A stretch of 53,747 bases of DNA, taken from the NCBI GenBank assembly GCA_022813965.1, contig JALDZS010000161.1, forward strand, positions 1-53,747. The letters are read 5' to 3'. The DNA is from Toensbergia leucococca (Eukaryota). Positions 13,442 through 24,690 of the stretch are shown here, piece by piece. Each line of letters starts with the position of its first letter. Position 1 is the first letter of the stretch. The notes beneath the pieces were generated by a model, which had not been told where the DNA came from, did not search any database, and saw only the letters and a list, made by a program, of their open reading frames with translations. The position numbers were made by a program, and so were the translations under genes.

Positions 13442-16400
13442 ATGGCGGGAAACTCAAGAGAAGATCCCTTGGCCTACGGGGATTATCATGATGGAGACCA
13501 AGACAGTGATCGAGGCATCGTCGGAGATACCTTCCAGAGACTACGAGACCGATATCTGCCTCAGCAACCAGCATCAGGCTATTCCAACCAAGGGCAGAAC
13601 CAGCAGAATTATGTTCCTCTAGACTCCAATCAGACAGCTCAACAGCAATCTCAATCCCCTCCGCCAAACCCAACCCAGCACTCCTCTAGCCTCGTGTCTT
13701 CACTTGTCAACACACTTCAAGGTGCCGCTCAAGACCTTGGATCTGAGTTTAGACAGAGGATTTCCGGAAATGGGGAGGTCCACAGCCATACTCATGCTGG
13801 AGCTCAATGTGCACATGGAGTTCATGACAACGCCCAGCATCGTTACGGAAGCTTTGCGGCACAGAGAGTTGGAAATGATGCGAAATGGTTTGTGGATGGC
13901 TGTGGCTACTTTTGGGCTGTGTCGAAGGCCCTAGAACAAGCCAGGGAGTCAATTTGGATCCTCGATTGTGAGTGAGTTGCATGATACATACTAAAGGGAT
14001 ACTAACGAATCTCTAGGGTGGCTATCTCCTGAATTGTACCTGCGAAGACCACCTTCCAAAAATGAGCAGTATCGTCTGGACCACATGTTACAGGCAGCTG
14101 CAGAACGAGGTGTCAAAGTCAATGTCATCGTATACAAGGAGGTCGCCCAGGCTCTCACTCGTAAGTACCTATCTCCCACGATACCAAAATATCTTCATTC
14201 CCTTCTTCCTGGACAGATAGATCGTATGACATCGGTCATGTGCGGATTGGGTCTCGCCGCTACATTCGCATCCCTTGAACATGTTGAGGCACAGAACCCG
14301 CTGATTGTCCCACCATTAACAGTATCTTCAAGTCATACCAAGCAAGTCTTGGAAAGCCTACACCCAAACATTGCAGTTTTTCGACACCCAGATCATCTTC
14401 CTGCTGCGCAAACCCTTGAATCTTCATTCATATCCTCTTTGAAGCACATGTCTTTGAATGCAGCTAGTGCCTCCAATCTATCTGAAGATGCTCTCAAAGC
14501 CATATATGGAGTGAACTCGGATATCATATTATATTGGGCCCATCACGAGAAATTATGTCTAATTGATGGAACGATTGCCTTTATGGGAGGTCTGGATCTA
14601 TGCTATGGGAGATGGGATACTAATCAGCACCCTATCGCTGATGCTCATCCGTCAAACTTGGATGATATAGTCTTCCCAGGTCAAGATTACAATAATGCTC
14701 GAATTATGGATTTTCATGATGTGTCCAACTGGCAAAAGAACAAATTGGATCGTAAGGAGAGTTCCCGTATGGGTTGGTCCGATCTATCGTTTAGTTTACG
14801 TGGTCCAGTTGTTGAGGATTTGAGGGCACATTTCGTAGAGCGATGGAATTTCATCTTCAATGAGAAATATGACATTGGAGTTGCAAGATACTCTAGACTT
14901 ACCTTTCGAGAGAACACAGCAGGCGCAATACCTTTGACTGGACAGCAACTACAGCCGAATCAAGGAAGTCCTCCCAATGCATCAGGACAAGCCCCATATT
15001 TTCCACCACCACCAACGTCGGATGGCGGTGCAGGAGGAGAATATAATCAGGCATCTGGCATGGGTGGCGCTGCTGCAGTGATTCGTGGGCGGGTCATTAA
15101 CGGCATGCATCATGTACAGGATCAATATTTGAGTGGCAACGAGCATCACAGCCGGCTGCATGGAGAATTTCAAGATGCTGGTATTTCTTGTCAAATTGCT
15201 AGAAGTTGCACCAAGTGGAGCCATGGCGTACCTACAGAACACTCGATTGCCAATGCCTACATAAGCGTTATCCAGAACAGCAAGAAATTCGTCTACATTG
15301 AGAACCAGTTCTTCATCACAGCGACTTCGGACCAGCAGAAGCCAGTCAGAAATAAAATTGGTGCTGCAATTGTCGAGCGGATCATACGGGCTGCGAAAGC
15401 GGGGGAGAAGTACAAGGTCATTGTAGTCATGCCGGCCGTGCCAGGTTTCGCTGGAGATCTCAAGGATGACTCCAGCTTGGGCACTCGTGCCATCATGGAG
15501 TATCAATATAAATCGATCAATCGCGGGGGCTATAGTATTATGGAGATGATCTCAAAGGCAGGATATGACCCGACAGAATATATTCGCTTCTACAATCTCA
15601 GGAACTATGACCGTATCAACTCCAGTGCTGCAATGGCAGAGGTGGAGCAAAAGAGCGGGGTGAACTATGAGGATGCGAGGAGAGAGCACGATGATATTGT
15701 AGACCCTTCAGGGTATCGTACTTCTGGCGGAGGCGGCTACAAGAATGAATCATCAAGTGGGCAGAATTACTCGCGATATCAGCAAGCTGCTGCTGGTATT
15801 AGTGAGCGACAAGGTCTAGGACGAGGTCGGTGGGATACAGTCAGCGAATGTTACATGCTTGGAGGAGCAGACATACGAGAAGTACCCTGGCAGGACGGTG
15901 ACCTGACGGAGATGGATGCTTTTGTTAGCGAGGAGCTTTATATCCATACAAAGGTACACTTGTTCCATAATTTCGAGTGCACTGATACTGACTATATGGG
16001 TAGCTTTTGATCGCCGACGATCAGGTTGTGATTTGCGGATCTGCAAATCTCAATGATCGGTCTCAGCTTGGTGATCATGACTCGGAGATTGTCGTGATTG
16101 TGGAGGACCCGTCGACGGTGGATTCATACATGAATGGTCAAGCATGGAAAGCAGCAAAATTTGCAGCAACACTACGGAGACAAATATTCCGGAAGCACCT
16201 CGGATTACTTTCACCACAGAACATGGAGCAACCCAATCAGAATTTCGAGATGGTAGGTGTGCCCAATATTTACGACTATGGTTCGGCAGAGGATAAAGCG
16301 GTGATGGATCCATTATCGGATTCTTTCCTGAATCTCTGGAACGGCAGAGCTCGACAGAATACCGAGGCATTTGGACAAATATTCCATCCTGTTCCTCACG

Positions 16401-16693
16401 ATAGTGTCCGGAATTGGAAGGACTATGGTACGTTTTACGAGAAATTCTTCCACGAAGCCGATGAAGAGGCGGATGGCAAGTCAGGAACGAAAAAGCCAGC
16501 GAAATACCAATGGGGTCATGTGGTGTCAGAGAACTTCTCGGCGGGAAGCCAGGGGGTTAAGGAGATGAAAGACGTGCTTCATGGTATCAAGGGGACTTTG
16601 GTGGAGATGCCGTTACTTTTCTTGATTGATGAACACATTCTTGCGAAAGAGGGTCTCAGTCTGAACAGTTTTACCGAAGAGGTATACACATGA
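13442..16693 (+). CDS. Phospholipase D (two HKD motifs; PldA-like, no evident PX/PH domains)
   Basis: Exons 13442-13967, 14017-14160, 14323-15953, 16004-16693. WWLSPELYLRRP, HHEKLCLID, GGLDLCYGRWD, YIENQFF, HTKLLIADD..GSANLNDRS. Confidence 0.95.
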
Positions 16694-16879
16694 TGGAGGA
16701 GGGGATATAGTGTTTCTGCTTGGAGTTTATTTTGGATGATATGGCCTTGGTTGATAGGTACTCGGTACATGTTTGGAAATTGGATATCGAGACAAGGAAA
16801 AGCCGGTGATGAATGCAATGTCTTTCTATAAAGGGACACGAATTGTCTTATGAGTGACGTGATATGAGGAACAGAAACT

Positions 16880-16909
16880 GGAACAGGAACAGGAACAGGA
16901 ACAGGAACA
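16880..16909. repeat. (GGAACA)5 microsatellite
   Basis: Read directly from the sequence. Confidence 0.9.
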
Positions 16910-18058
16910 ATATCAACGAGGAGACAATATGAAGGGCATTCAACGCTAGACCCGAAAGCGTTAGAGCGGTGATCTCAACGACACTCCTTCGACCGCCTTT
17001 GAGTCAACGAGACAATCCATAATGAACCACCATGTTTACATGCTTGAAGACCTTGAATACTGTTGTTGTTGTTCCGCATTTGCTTGCAGAATTCCAGTTG
17101 AAGTTGTGGCGTATGATGGCCGTAATATATCGTGACAGTGACGTTGCCTGGCTTTGGTGGATGCTATTTACTCTCATCTTGCCGTCTGTCTGCTTTTGAC
17201 TTCAATGTAGCCGTCCTCTGCTGAAATGAATATGGACAGATTCTGTGTTAATGCGTGAACATGATATGTCCTAAATGTTTACCTAAAGACTCCTTTTCAC
17301 TAGACTCTTGTCGATGGCATATCTCTTTCTCTCTTTGCACGGTGGCTTGCTTGTATAGGTTGTCCGATTGAAATAGCTTGAATGGTTGCGAGAGAAAGTT
17401 GACTCTCACGCTCTTCTTAGTTTCGCCCTCTGTTGATTCATTGAAGCTCATTCGTGTATTCAGGACCAATCATGAACCTCCCTCAAGCCGCTTTGCGAAC
17501 CCCCTTTCATCTCACTTAGCCTCACCTCGCAACCTAAATCTCATCTTTCCTTCATCCACTCATCCTTCGCCGTGAACCTGACTTTGACTTCTCATCAACT
17601 GCAATTATCAAGTCTACCTTCAAAGCCCAGTCATCTTCAGGACGTCATCAAACGCTTTCATCAACAGGTACTCAAAGTCGAAGACCTCCACCCATCTTCT
17701 TTCATCCCAAACAACAATACTAACCAACAATACTAGCCCACACACTAAATCCCTCTCAACCAACACACAAAGGACTCGAACCAAATCTCGAGCCACATCG
17801 TAAGCCAATCCAGACCCCACACTAAACCAAATCAGCCCACAGCAAAAAGTCGAAAAGCCACAAACTAAACAACTCCAGTCAACATCACCACTCCCTTGTC
17901 CAACCTCCAACATCAATAAAAACCCCAAACACCCAACCGCTACAATGCCCTCCTCATCCAAACCCCAAACTCAAGATCAAAAATCATACCCACAAACCCC
18001 AAACCCACTCAAGCTCTCCCAAGACCAAAAAAATAAAGGCAAATCCTTCCAACCAGTC

Positions 18059-18230
18059 ATGTCTCCAACCACCAACGCCGCTCCCCAAGAGGTGCCCCAG
18101 CCAGTAGTCTCGCGTGGTATGTCTTTCTTTCCTTCCTTCCTCCCCCCTCCCATTCCTTCAAAAATCCACAAGAAAAAACTAACACGATATCGAAACAGGC
18201 AATCCCGGCTACGGCTGCACAGTAATGTAA
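18059..18230 (+). CDS. Putative a-factor-class (CaaX, farnesylated) mating pheromone precursor, 29 aa (67 aa if started at in-frame ATG 17945)
   Basis: Exons 18059-18116 and 18199-18230. Intron 18117-18198 has donor GTATGT, branch ACTAAC (18178-18183) and acceptor CAG. Spliced product MSPTTNAAPQEVPQPVVSRGNPGYGCTVM* ends in CaaX (CTVM) and lies near cyanate hydratase. Confidence 0.8.
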
Positions 18231-18842
18231 AAAGCCATGTCCACACCACCACCAGACATCCTATCCGTCCTCGCTCCTCCACCTCTACACAAATAGGCCT
18301 TTTTTCGTCCAAAATTTTCAAATCGATACTCACAATCCAGCATTGCTCGTTTTCCATCTCAACTTCTACGAGAACGAGACGAGACGGCACAAAACGAAAA
18401 ATGTTGTATTGAGATGGCATCGATTTACTCCTCGCGCTGGGCCTTTTGAGCAGATGGTTTTTTTTTTGGACAATCATGGAGGGGGAGATCGGGCTAGGAT
18501 TCTGGCTGTACTTGGAGAGGATTCTGCCAACTAGTTTTTTTTTTCATTCTCTGGCGTAGTGTTTTCGTGTTTGTGAATGGGAGTTTTTTTTTTTTTTTCA
18601 ATTCATTCAATTTCGTCATTCCTGTACCCTTTCCCCAAACACATGTCAAATTTTCTCTTTCAAACACCCACGCTTCGACTCTAATCCCTTTTCACTTTCG
18701 GCAAAACCCCCAAGAAAGATCATCTCTGTCCGTTGGCTGACCTCGCAGAGAGCCGCAACAAAAAACAAGAAAGAAAGAAAGAAGAAGAAGAAGATCTAGC
18801 AGTCCCCAGCATTTCCACTCCTTTTTTTTCTTCTTCTTCTAT

Positions 18843-18866
18843 CTAGCTAGCTAGCTAGCTAGCTAG
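18843..18866. repeat. (CTAG)6 palindromic microsatellite
   Basis: Read directly from the sequence. Confidence 0.9.
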
Positions 18867-19199
18867 TAACCTCCAAGCAGGCGTTTAGGTGTACTTGGTT
18901 CCGTCTTGCAATCCCATAGAGGAAACTGAAAAAAAAAGAACTCCCTTGTTTGTGGAAATGAGAAAACCAAAAGTCTGAAATTGACAATAATCGTTACACT
19001 ATGCCCATTCTAGGACCCATCTCAGCTCAAAAACTTTGTAACAAAGTAACGTTTGATCCCTTCCTCTCATCCCCCTCATTCTCAACTTCTAACCCCATCA
19101 AATCTTCACAACACCTTCACATCTCTTCAACACTCAACCCCTCAACCCTCAACTCTTCTCTAAACCTCACTCTCAATCTCACTCTCAACCTCAATCTCA

Positions 19200-20130
19200 A
19201 CCTCAAAAACCCCCCTCCCCTCAAAAAAAAAAAAAAAAAAACTTATACACATCTATATACATATAATCATCTATCACACTCAGAAGTTCATATAAAAAAA
19301 ACACAATTGAAGGAAAAGGAAGAAGGAGTTTTTATAATACTGATTTATGTAGATAAGCAAGATTGTCTCTCTCATCTCTTTTTTTTTTTGCTGTGATGTG
19401 TGTGAATCATAATTTGAGCTGTGTTGTGAGAGATGTGAGTGATTTCATGCGAGTCGTGCATGTATAGACGCCCTCTATTGACAACCCCTTTCTTTCCTCA
19501 CTCTCTCAACACTAACACTAACATCAGGCAATGATAAGATCTCAGGTGCAATATAAAGGTAAAGACACATTATGTTTTCACACCAACATTTTAACATCTT
19601 GCACTTCAAATTCTCTACCCCTTCACAACTAGATAAGTATTTGTTCAATTTGTGAAGCCCATCTAGGAGCGTCAAATCATCAGAAGAAAAAAAAAACATC
19701 AATGCGCTGATATTACAAATTCTGACTCGGATTTCTGCTCACTGAAGGCGCAAAAAGACAACATCTCAATCTCACAAGGCAAATCTTCTTCATTTTAATC
19801 CTTTAAAAATCACTGCACCCCTCTCTCTTCTCTCACCCCCCCCTCCCTCAACCCTCTCAACCCTCTCAACCCTCACCTCAAAACCCATCTCATATCACTC
19901 ACTCAGTCAAAAAAAAATCACATATCAAGATTCACAGTCTCAAAACCCTGAATGAAGTTCCCTATTAATATGACAAGAGTTTTGCTTTCTAAAAAAGTGC
20001 ACAGTGAATTCATGAGATTTATATACCTAGAGGTATGTTGAAAGAGAGAGATAAGAGGATGAAACGTTGAGATGTGAGTGTGGGAAAACATCATTGATAT
20101 TTTTCACAAGGTATGCCCTTATCGGACATG
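19200..20130. repeat. AT-rich, CpG-poor degenerate repeat-like region
   Basis: Low complexity; shares a 24-nt motif (19523-19546) with the left end of the 11.5-13.2 kb relic. Confidence 0.4.
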
Positions 20131-21145
20131 CTGATACAACCTGATCAGACTCAAAGCCAGTGGAGGAATTTGAGACGGCAATTCCGCGGGTGAGAAGGCA
20201 GGGAATCACACCTACAGTGCTGCCAATTCCAAAATGCTGTAGCCAGAAAATCAGCTGCAGGCTTTGAGGAGAAGGATCGTTTGGCATTCAGGCAGAGGCG
20301 TACAAGAGTCCAGCCAAGTACCTGTAAAGTCTCCTGTCTCAGCAAGACGAACCGTTACTTCTTTTTTTTTGAATGCTGCCTTTCACTATTGCTATGTGGG
20401 AGTGAGCATTGATTTCAATCCCCAGATATCAGCTCAAATCAATGATTACCTATGCCGTCGTTGCCAATAACAGACCATCCATCATGACCACCACTCTTCG
20501 TAACAAAGGGCTTCAAGGTTCAAAAATGCCCATTGCACCTAACTTAAGTGTCAGATGTCAAGACTGTGTTGAAGTGAACAAGGAACGATTCCGGCATTGT
20601 GAACATCTTCTTCGGGGGTAGGAAGGACAATAGCCGAAGGTGTCTATTTATTTGCATCGGCCCAATCGCTGCAGACATTCCTAGAAAGTGGCGTCGTCGG
20701 GATTCCTCAAAATGTCGGACCATGACAAGGGCCTTTTTGAGCTCAGATGTCTATGAGAGCCTAGGCATGCTGAGGAGGATATCTGGGGTTGCAAAGGAGC
20801 AAAAGTCCCAAGTTCAAGTATGTGATGAAGAGATTTGTAGATAGAGTTGGTAGTGATTAATGATGGGGGTTGTAATTTTATTGATAGCACCCCTTGTCAA
20901 AGGAGAGTGACACAAAGGTTGAGTCAAAAGACTAAGATTTATGTACGGCAACCAAGTCAGCGAACGTAATCATCTCATCAAGTCTTCTCTCATACAATTT
21001 CCTCCCGCATCAATAACACACACCACCATCAAGCACCACCATCCTCCCCCTCATCTTCATTCCCAAAGCCATCTAAAATCTCCTAATCATCATCATCCAC
21101 TACCCCACCCACCCATCAACCCATCCATCAACCCAGAGACACCAC

Positions 21146-21754
21146 TCACTCCCCACGTCTCAAAAAACACCAAAAACACCCCCTCATCCTCTTCCCCTTC
21201 TTTCCATCCCCCACAACCCCCCCCTCCACCCCCCTCTCCACATCCCCGCCCGCAACCCCCACCCCAGCACCCACCCCCTCAACCCGCGCTCTAATCCTCT
21301 CCCTCCTCTCCCCCAACGTCAACGGCCGAGCCGGATGCAAATAATAAGCCCTCGCATCCAGCAGGTTCCCAGACGGCGAAGTGATGATACCCGGTAGACA
21401 TCGTTGCTGCCTCCCCGCCTCCTGCCCCTGTTCCCTCTGTTCCCCCTCCTGTCCCTCTTTCCCCTCCTCCTCTGATGGTGGCGATGATGGCGATGATGGT
21501 GACAGCGGCGATGGTGGGGATTGATCGTAATCGCAGTAGTGGACAGCGGCCGGATTGGCGAGTTGGAGGGCGTCTAATTGGGTTTGGAGGAGGGTGTCTG
21601 GGTCGATGAGTTCGGAGAGGCGGGTTAGGGGGCGTGGGGGGGTGAGGGGGAGGCTGATTGTGGGTGATTGGGGGGGTGAGGAGGTTGTGGAGGGAGAGGG
21701 GGGGTTGGGAGTGAGGAGGGCGCGAGAATGTCGTTTTGATTGGGTCTGGCCCAT
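21146..21754 (-). CDS. Hypothetical Pro/Ser-rich protein, probably N-myristoylated
   Basis: ATG at 21754 gives MGQTQS (Gly2/Ser6). Blocks that look conserved: RLSELIDP and SPSGNLL..Y..HPARPLTLGERRERI. C-terminal basic stretch plus CFWC. Confidence 0.65.
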   Translation of the reverse strand: MGQTQSKRHSRALLTPNPPSPSTTSSPPQSPTISLPLTPPRPLTRLSELIDPDTLLQTQLDALQLANPAAVHYCDYDQSPPSPLSPSSPSSPPSEEEGKEGQEGEQREQGQEAGRQQRCLPGIITSPSGNLLDARAYYLHPARPLTLGERRERIRARVEGVGAGVGVAGGDVERGVEGGVVGDGKKGKRMRGCFWCFLRRGE

Positions 21755-22479
21755 TTTTGTGGGGCCTGCTTGGAGTGCTTGGTGCGGGTTGTGTATGATT
21801 TGATGGGGTTGGGAGATGAGCGGTTTCTTCTTACTTGAAGAGGGCGGGAGTGTTTCGTACTTTTGTAGGGAGGGGTGATTGTAATGGATTTCTAGTGAAG
21901 AGGGTGCGTGAATTGGATGCTTAGGTCTTCGTTTGAGTGTTGTTGATTTATGGAGATGCACTATTAGGTTTAGAAATATACTAAGAGGGATAGACCGGGA
22001 AATGTAGGCACCATGCTGGAAGCAGAAAGGTGGAACGCAAGATACATTACAAGTAATAATTGTTGCAAGAGATGGTTTCGGGAGAGACCACACGAGGGAT
22101 GAGTGAATCGTGAAGAACGCGAAATTCTTTCCTAGATGTTCTTGAGCATAGGTAAACAACACGTCCGTCAATTGTCAAAGAAAATACTCGAGGTCTCCTA
22201 CCTAGCACCTATCTCTCATTAGTCTGGCCTTTTCTGTAATCCTTTACCCTCGTAGCGAACATGACCTGTTATTCTTCTACCCCAAGAATTCGAGAGTTCA
22301 GGTAATGCCGTTACTTATCCCTTTCCACATATCAAAGAAATTGAAAGGCAGATGCTTGGAACATTGATACGACATCATAATGTACCACTATGATATACAA
22401 AAAGGAAGCGACTAGATCATTTTCGTCCATTGTATATACCAACTTTACCTCAACACAATTCATAGTCTTTCGAAGATAC

Positions 22480-23082
22480 TCAAAACCTCGAATAAGGCAA
22501 CCTGTACAATGTATTAGCCTAGGCCAGGAAGCACATTGCAAGCATCACGACGTACCATTTCCCTCTCAGCGTTATAATAGCCCAATTATTCCCATCCTTA
22601 TCCGTTTCCTTCTCCACCTTTGTTGAGAAAGAAATAGCACTCATGATTCCGTCTCCAAACTTCTCATTCAAGACGGCTTTGTACGCATATCCGTAGTTCT
22701 GCACAATTTCATATAGACGATATATCAATGGCTCCTTTGGGGGCATGTCAATGGATCGACCACGGTCTGGAAATCCTCCCAATTGTTGTTCGAGGGTGCT
22801 GTGGTCGATGCCTAGCACGGACGACAATTTTTTGGTGTCTTCCGGGGAGGCACGAGCTTGGCCGTAGAAAATAGCAGCCACTGCGACTTCTTCACGGCCA
22901 AGCTCCTTGGCTATGGTCTCAAAGGTCATTTGTTTGGCTGACTTGGCCTCGAAGAGAGTAGGGGAATAGGCGGGGAGGCGTGGAATGAGAGAAGTCTATC
23001 AAGAGTAATTGGTCAGTTTAAGGGAGCAACAAAGCATAGAAAGGACTGCGAAGCGTACGTCCAAGGTATGAATGTTTGACAT
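22480..23082 (-). CDS. CYN1: Cyanate hydratase (cyanase)
   Basis: Exons 23082-23059, 22995-22556, 22501-22480. [37 protein letters not shown]. Confidence 0.96.
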
Positions 23083-23701
23083 GGTGACAATTGCTGGTCT
23101 AAAGGAGCGAGTAAAAGACGGTTGTATGAGTGTTTTTGCGGCAGCTCTTCTGGATGTATGAAGGAGAAGCGATGCCATGAATGATATTTGGTAATGATGT
23201 TAGTTGTACTTCTCGAAGTTGACGAGGGGTTGTCTGCGTAAAGCAGACGTCATGGCAATAAATGACGGCGGAGATGATTCCGCGGTCTGTCTGCAACCAC
23301 CCAGCTCACTACTGACTGAACGCTCACAGAAGGCTTTTATTTATCTGAACAGTAGATACATAATTCTGCTATTCATTTTCATCAAAGAAGAAGGACAATG
23401 TTGACACAATCAAGCATCTCACAGCATCATATCAAATATTTAGTCAATCTTTGCTATTGATTTTTAAAATAACAGAATGAGAAGCAAAGTTCTACTGTTC
23501 AAGTCAGATCATCAGCCTTCTGACACAGATCATGTAAGATTATCTGCCTGTCACTAACATATAAGAGACTGCTTTAATCTCACACGTTCTGAATCATAGA
23601 ATGATTTATAAAGTTAGCGAAGGGATTTTCAATGTCTTTGTGTATGAGAAGAATAGAGTTACAAAAGTCATTCGAAATCAGCATCCCAACCCTCTCTCCA
23701 T

Positions 23702-24352
23702 TTACTTCCCCTTCTCTTCACCACTCCCCCCCTCCTCACCTCCCTTCCCCCCCTCTCCATCCTCCTTAACCCCAAACCACACCTCCCGAATCTGCCCCAA
23801 GATCAAATCCGCATAACTCTCCCCCGCCTCCAACCGCTCCCTCTCCTCCCTCCCCCGCCGCTCCTGCCACCCAGCAGTCTCATTCCCCATCCACAACCTC
23901 CGCGCCATCCCCACCACCCCCCCTGTCGCCTCCTCCTTCTCCTCCCCTCCTCCCTTCCCACCCACACCATCAGCACCATCATCTCCCCTTTCCCTTCTCC
24001 GCTTCATCTCAAACCGCGCCTGCACCTCCCGCGCCTTCTCCGTCGGCAATGCCTGCCCCGGCAAACTCCACCCCACTCCCCCATCTTTTTTCTTGCTTCC
24101 CCCCTCCTCCTCCCCTTCTAAAGCTGCCAACCGTTGTCGCGACAGCCGTCGTTCGGTGTAGACGCGCTCGGCCGAGAGGCCCCAGGCGGCGACGAGGGAG
24201 AAGGAGTAAAAGTCTATTTTTCGGGGCGGGAGGAAGAGGATTATGGGACAGACTACCAGGAGGGAGAGGGAGAGTGTGTGCATTGTGGATTCGTATTGGG
24301 TTTTTTGGTAGGGGGGTTGTGGGGGAGGCGTAGGAGGGTCGAGGTCGGACAT
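23702..24352 (-). CDS. Hypothetical fungal protein with N-terminal hydrophobic segments
   Basis: 216-aa ORF with LFLPPRKIDFYS, LPTEKA, LWMGNETAGWQERR and GESYADLILGQIREVW blocks, which look like a conserved fungal family; no function assignable. Confidence 0.8.
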   Translation of the reverse strand: MSDLDPPTPPPQPPYQKTQYESTMHTLSLSLLVVCPIILFLPPRKIDFYSFSLVAAWGLSAERVYTERRLSRQRLAALEGEEEGGSKKKDGGVGWSLPGQALPTEKAREVQARFEMKRRRERGDDGADGVGGKGGGEEKEEATGGVVGMARRLWMGNETAGWQERRGREERERLEAGESYADLILGQIREVWFGVKEDGEGGKGGEEGGSGEEKGK

Positions 24353-24690
24353 TTTCTTTTTTTTTTTTTTTTGGGTTGTGGGTCTTGGAGTTTGGGGTTT
24401 GGAATTTGGGGTTTGTTGATTGGTCCAAGGTGGGCTTTGTTAATATTGCTGATTGACGAATTGAGGATGTGAGTACAACGTATGAAGCGAGCGGAGGACG
24501 CACCCTCGTTTTTGTAATCTGATGGAGGGTGGAATTTGTAACTGTTGATGCAATAGACAAGCCCGCGCTTAGACCTGTCTAATTAAAGTCCTCACATCCT
24601 TGCGTCAAAATCAATGACCTCATCTCAACCATCTAGCTCCTAGTACGTCATGATTGATAAATCATATTAAGCTCTTAATTCATCATGATA

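Noticed and set aside
17945..18412. 155-aa unspliced ORF from the ORF track
   Set aside because: Reads through a canonical intron into low-complexity sequence; the spliced CaaX model explains the locus better.
16860..19230. Short tandem repeats as a CRISPR-like array
   Set aside because: Simple microsatellites without spacers, in a eukaryotic genome with no cas genes.
20264..20844. Cluster of short ORFs as a possible gene or pseudogene
   Set aside because: No recognisable domain or consistent exon structure.
21755..22171. N-terminal extension of the 341-aa ORF
   Set aside because: Starts at TTG and reads like UTR or promoter; ATG 21754 gives a sensible MGQTQS start.
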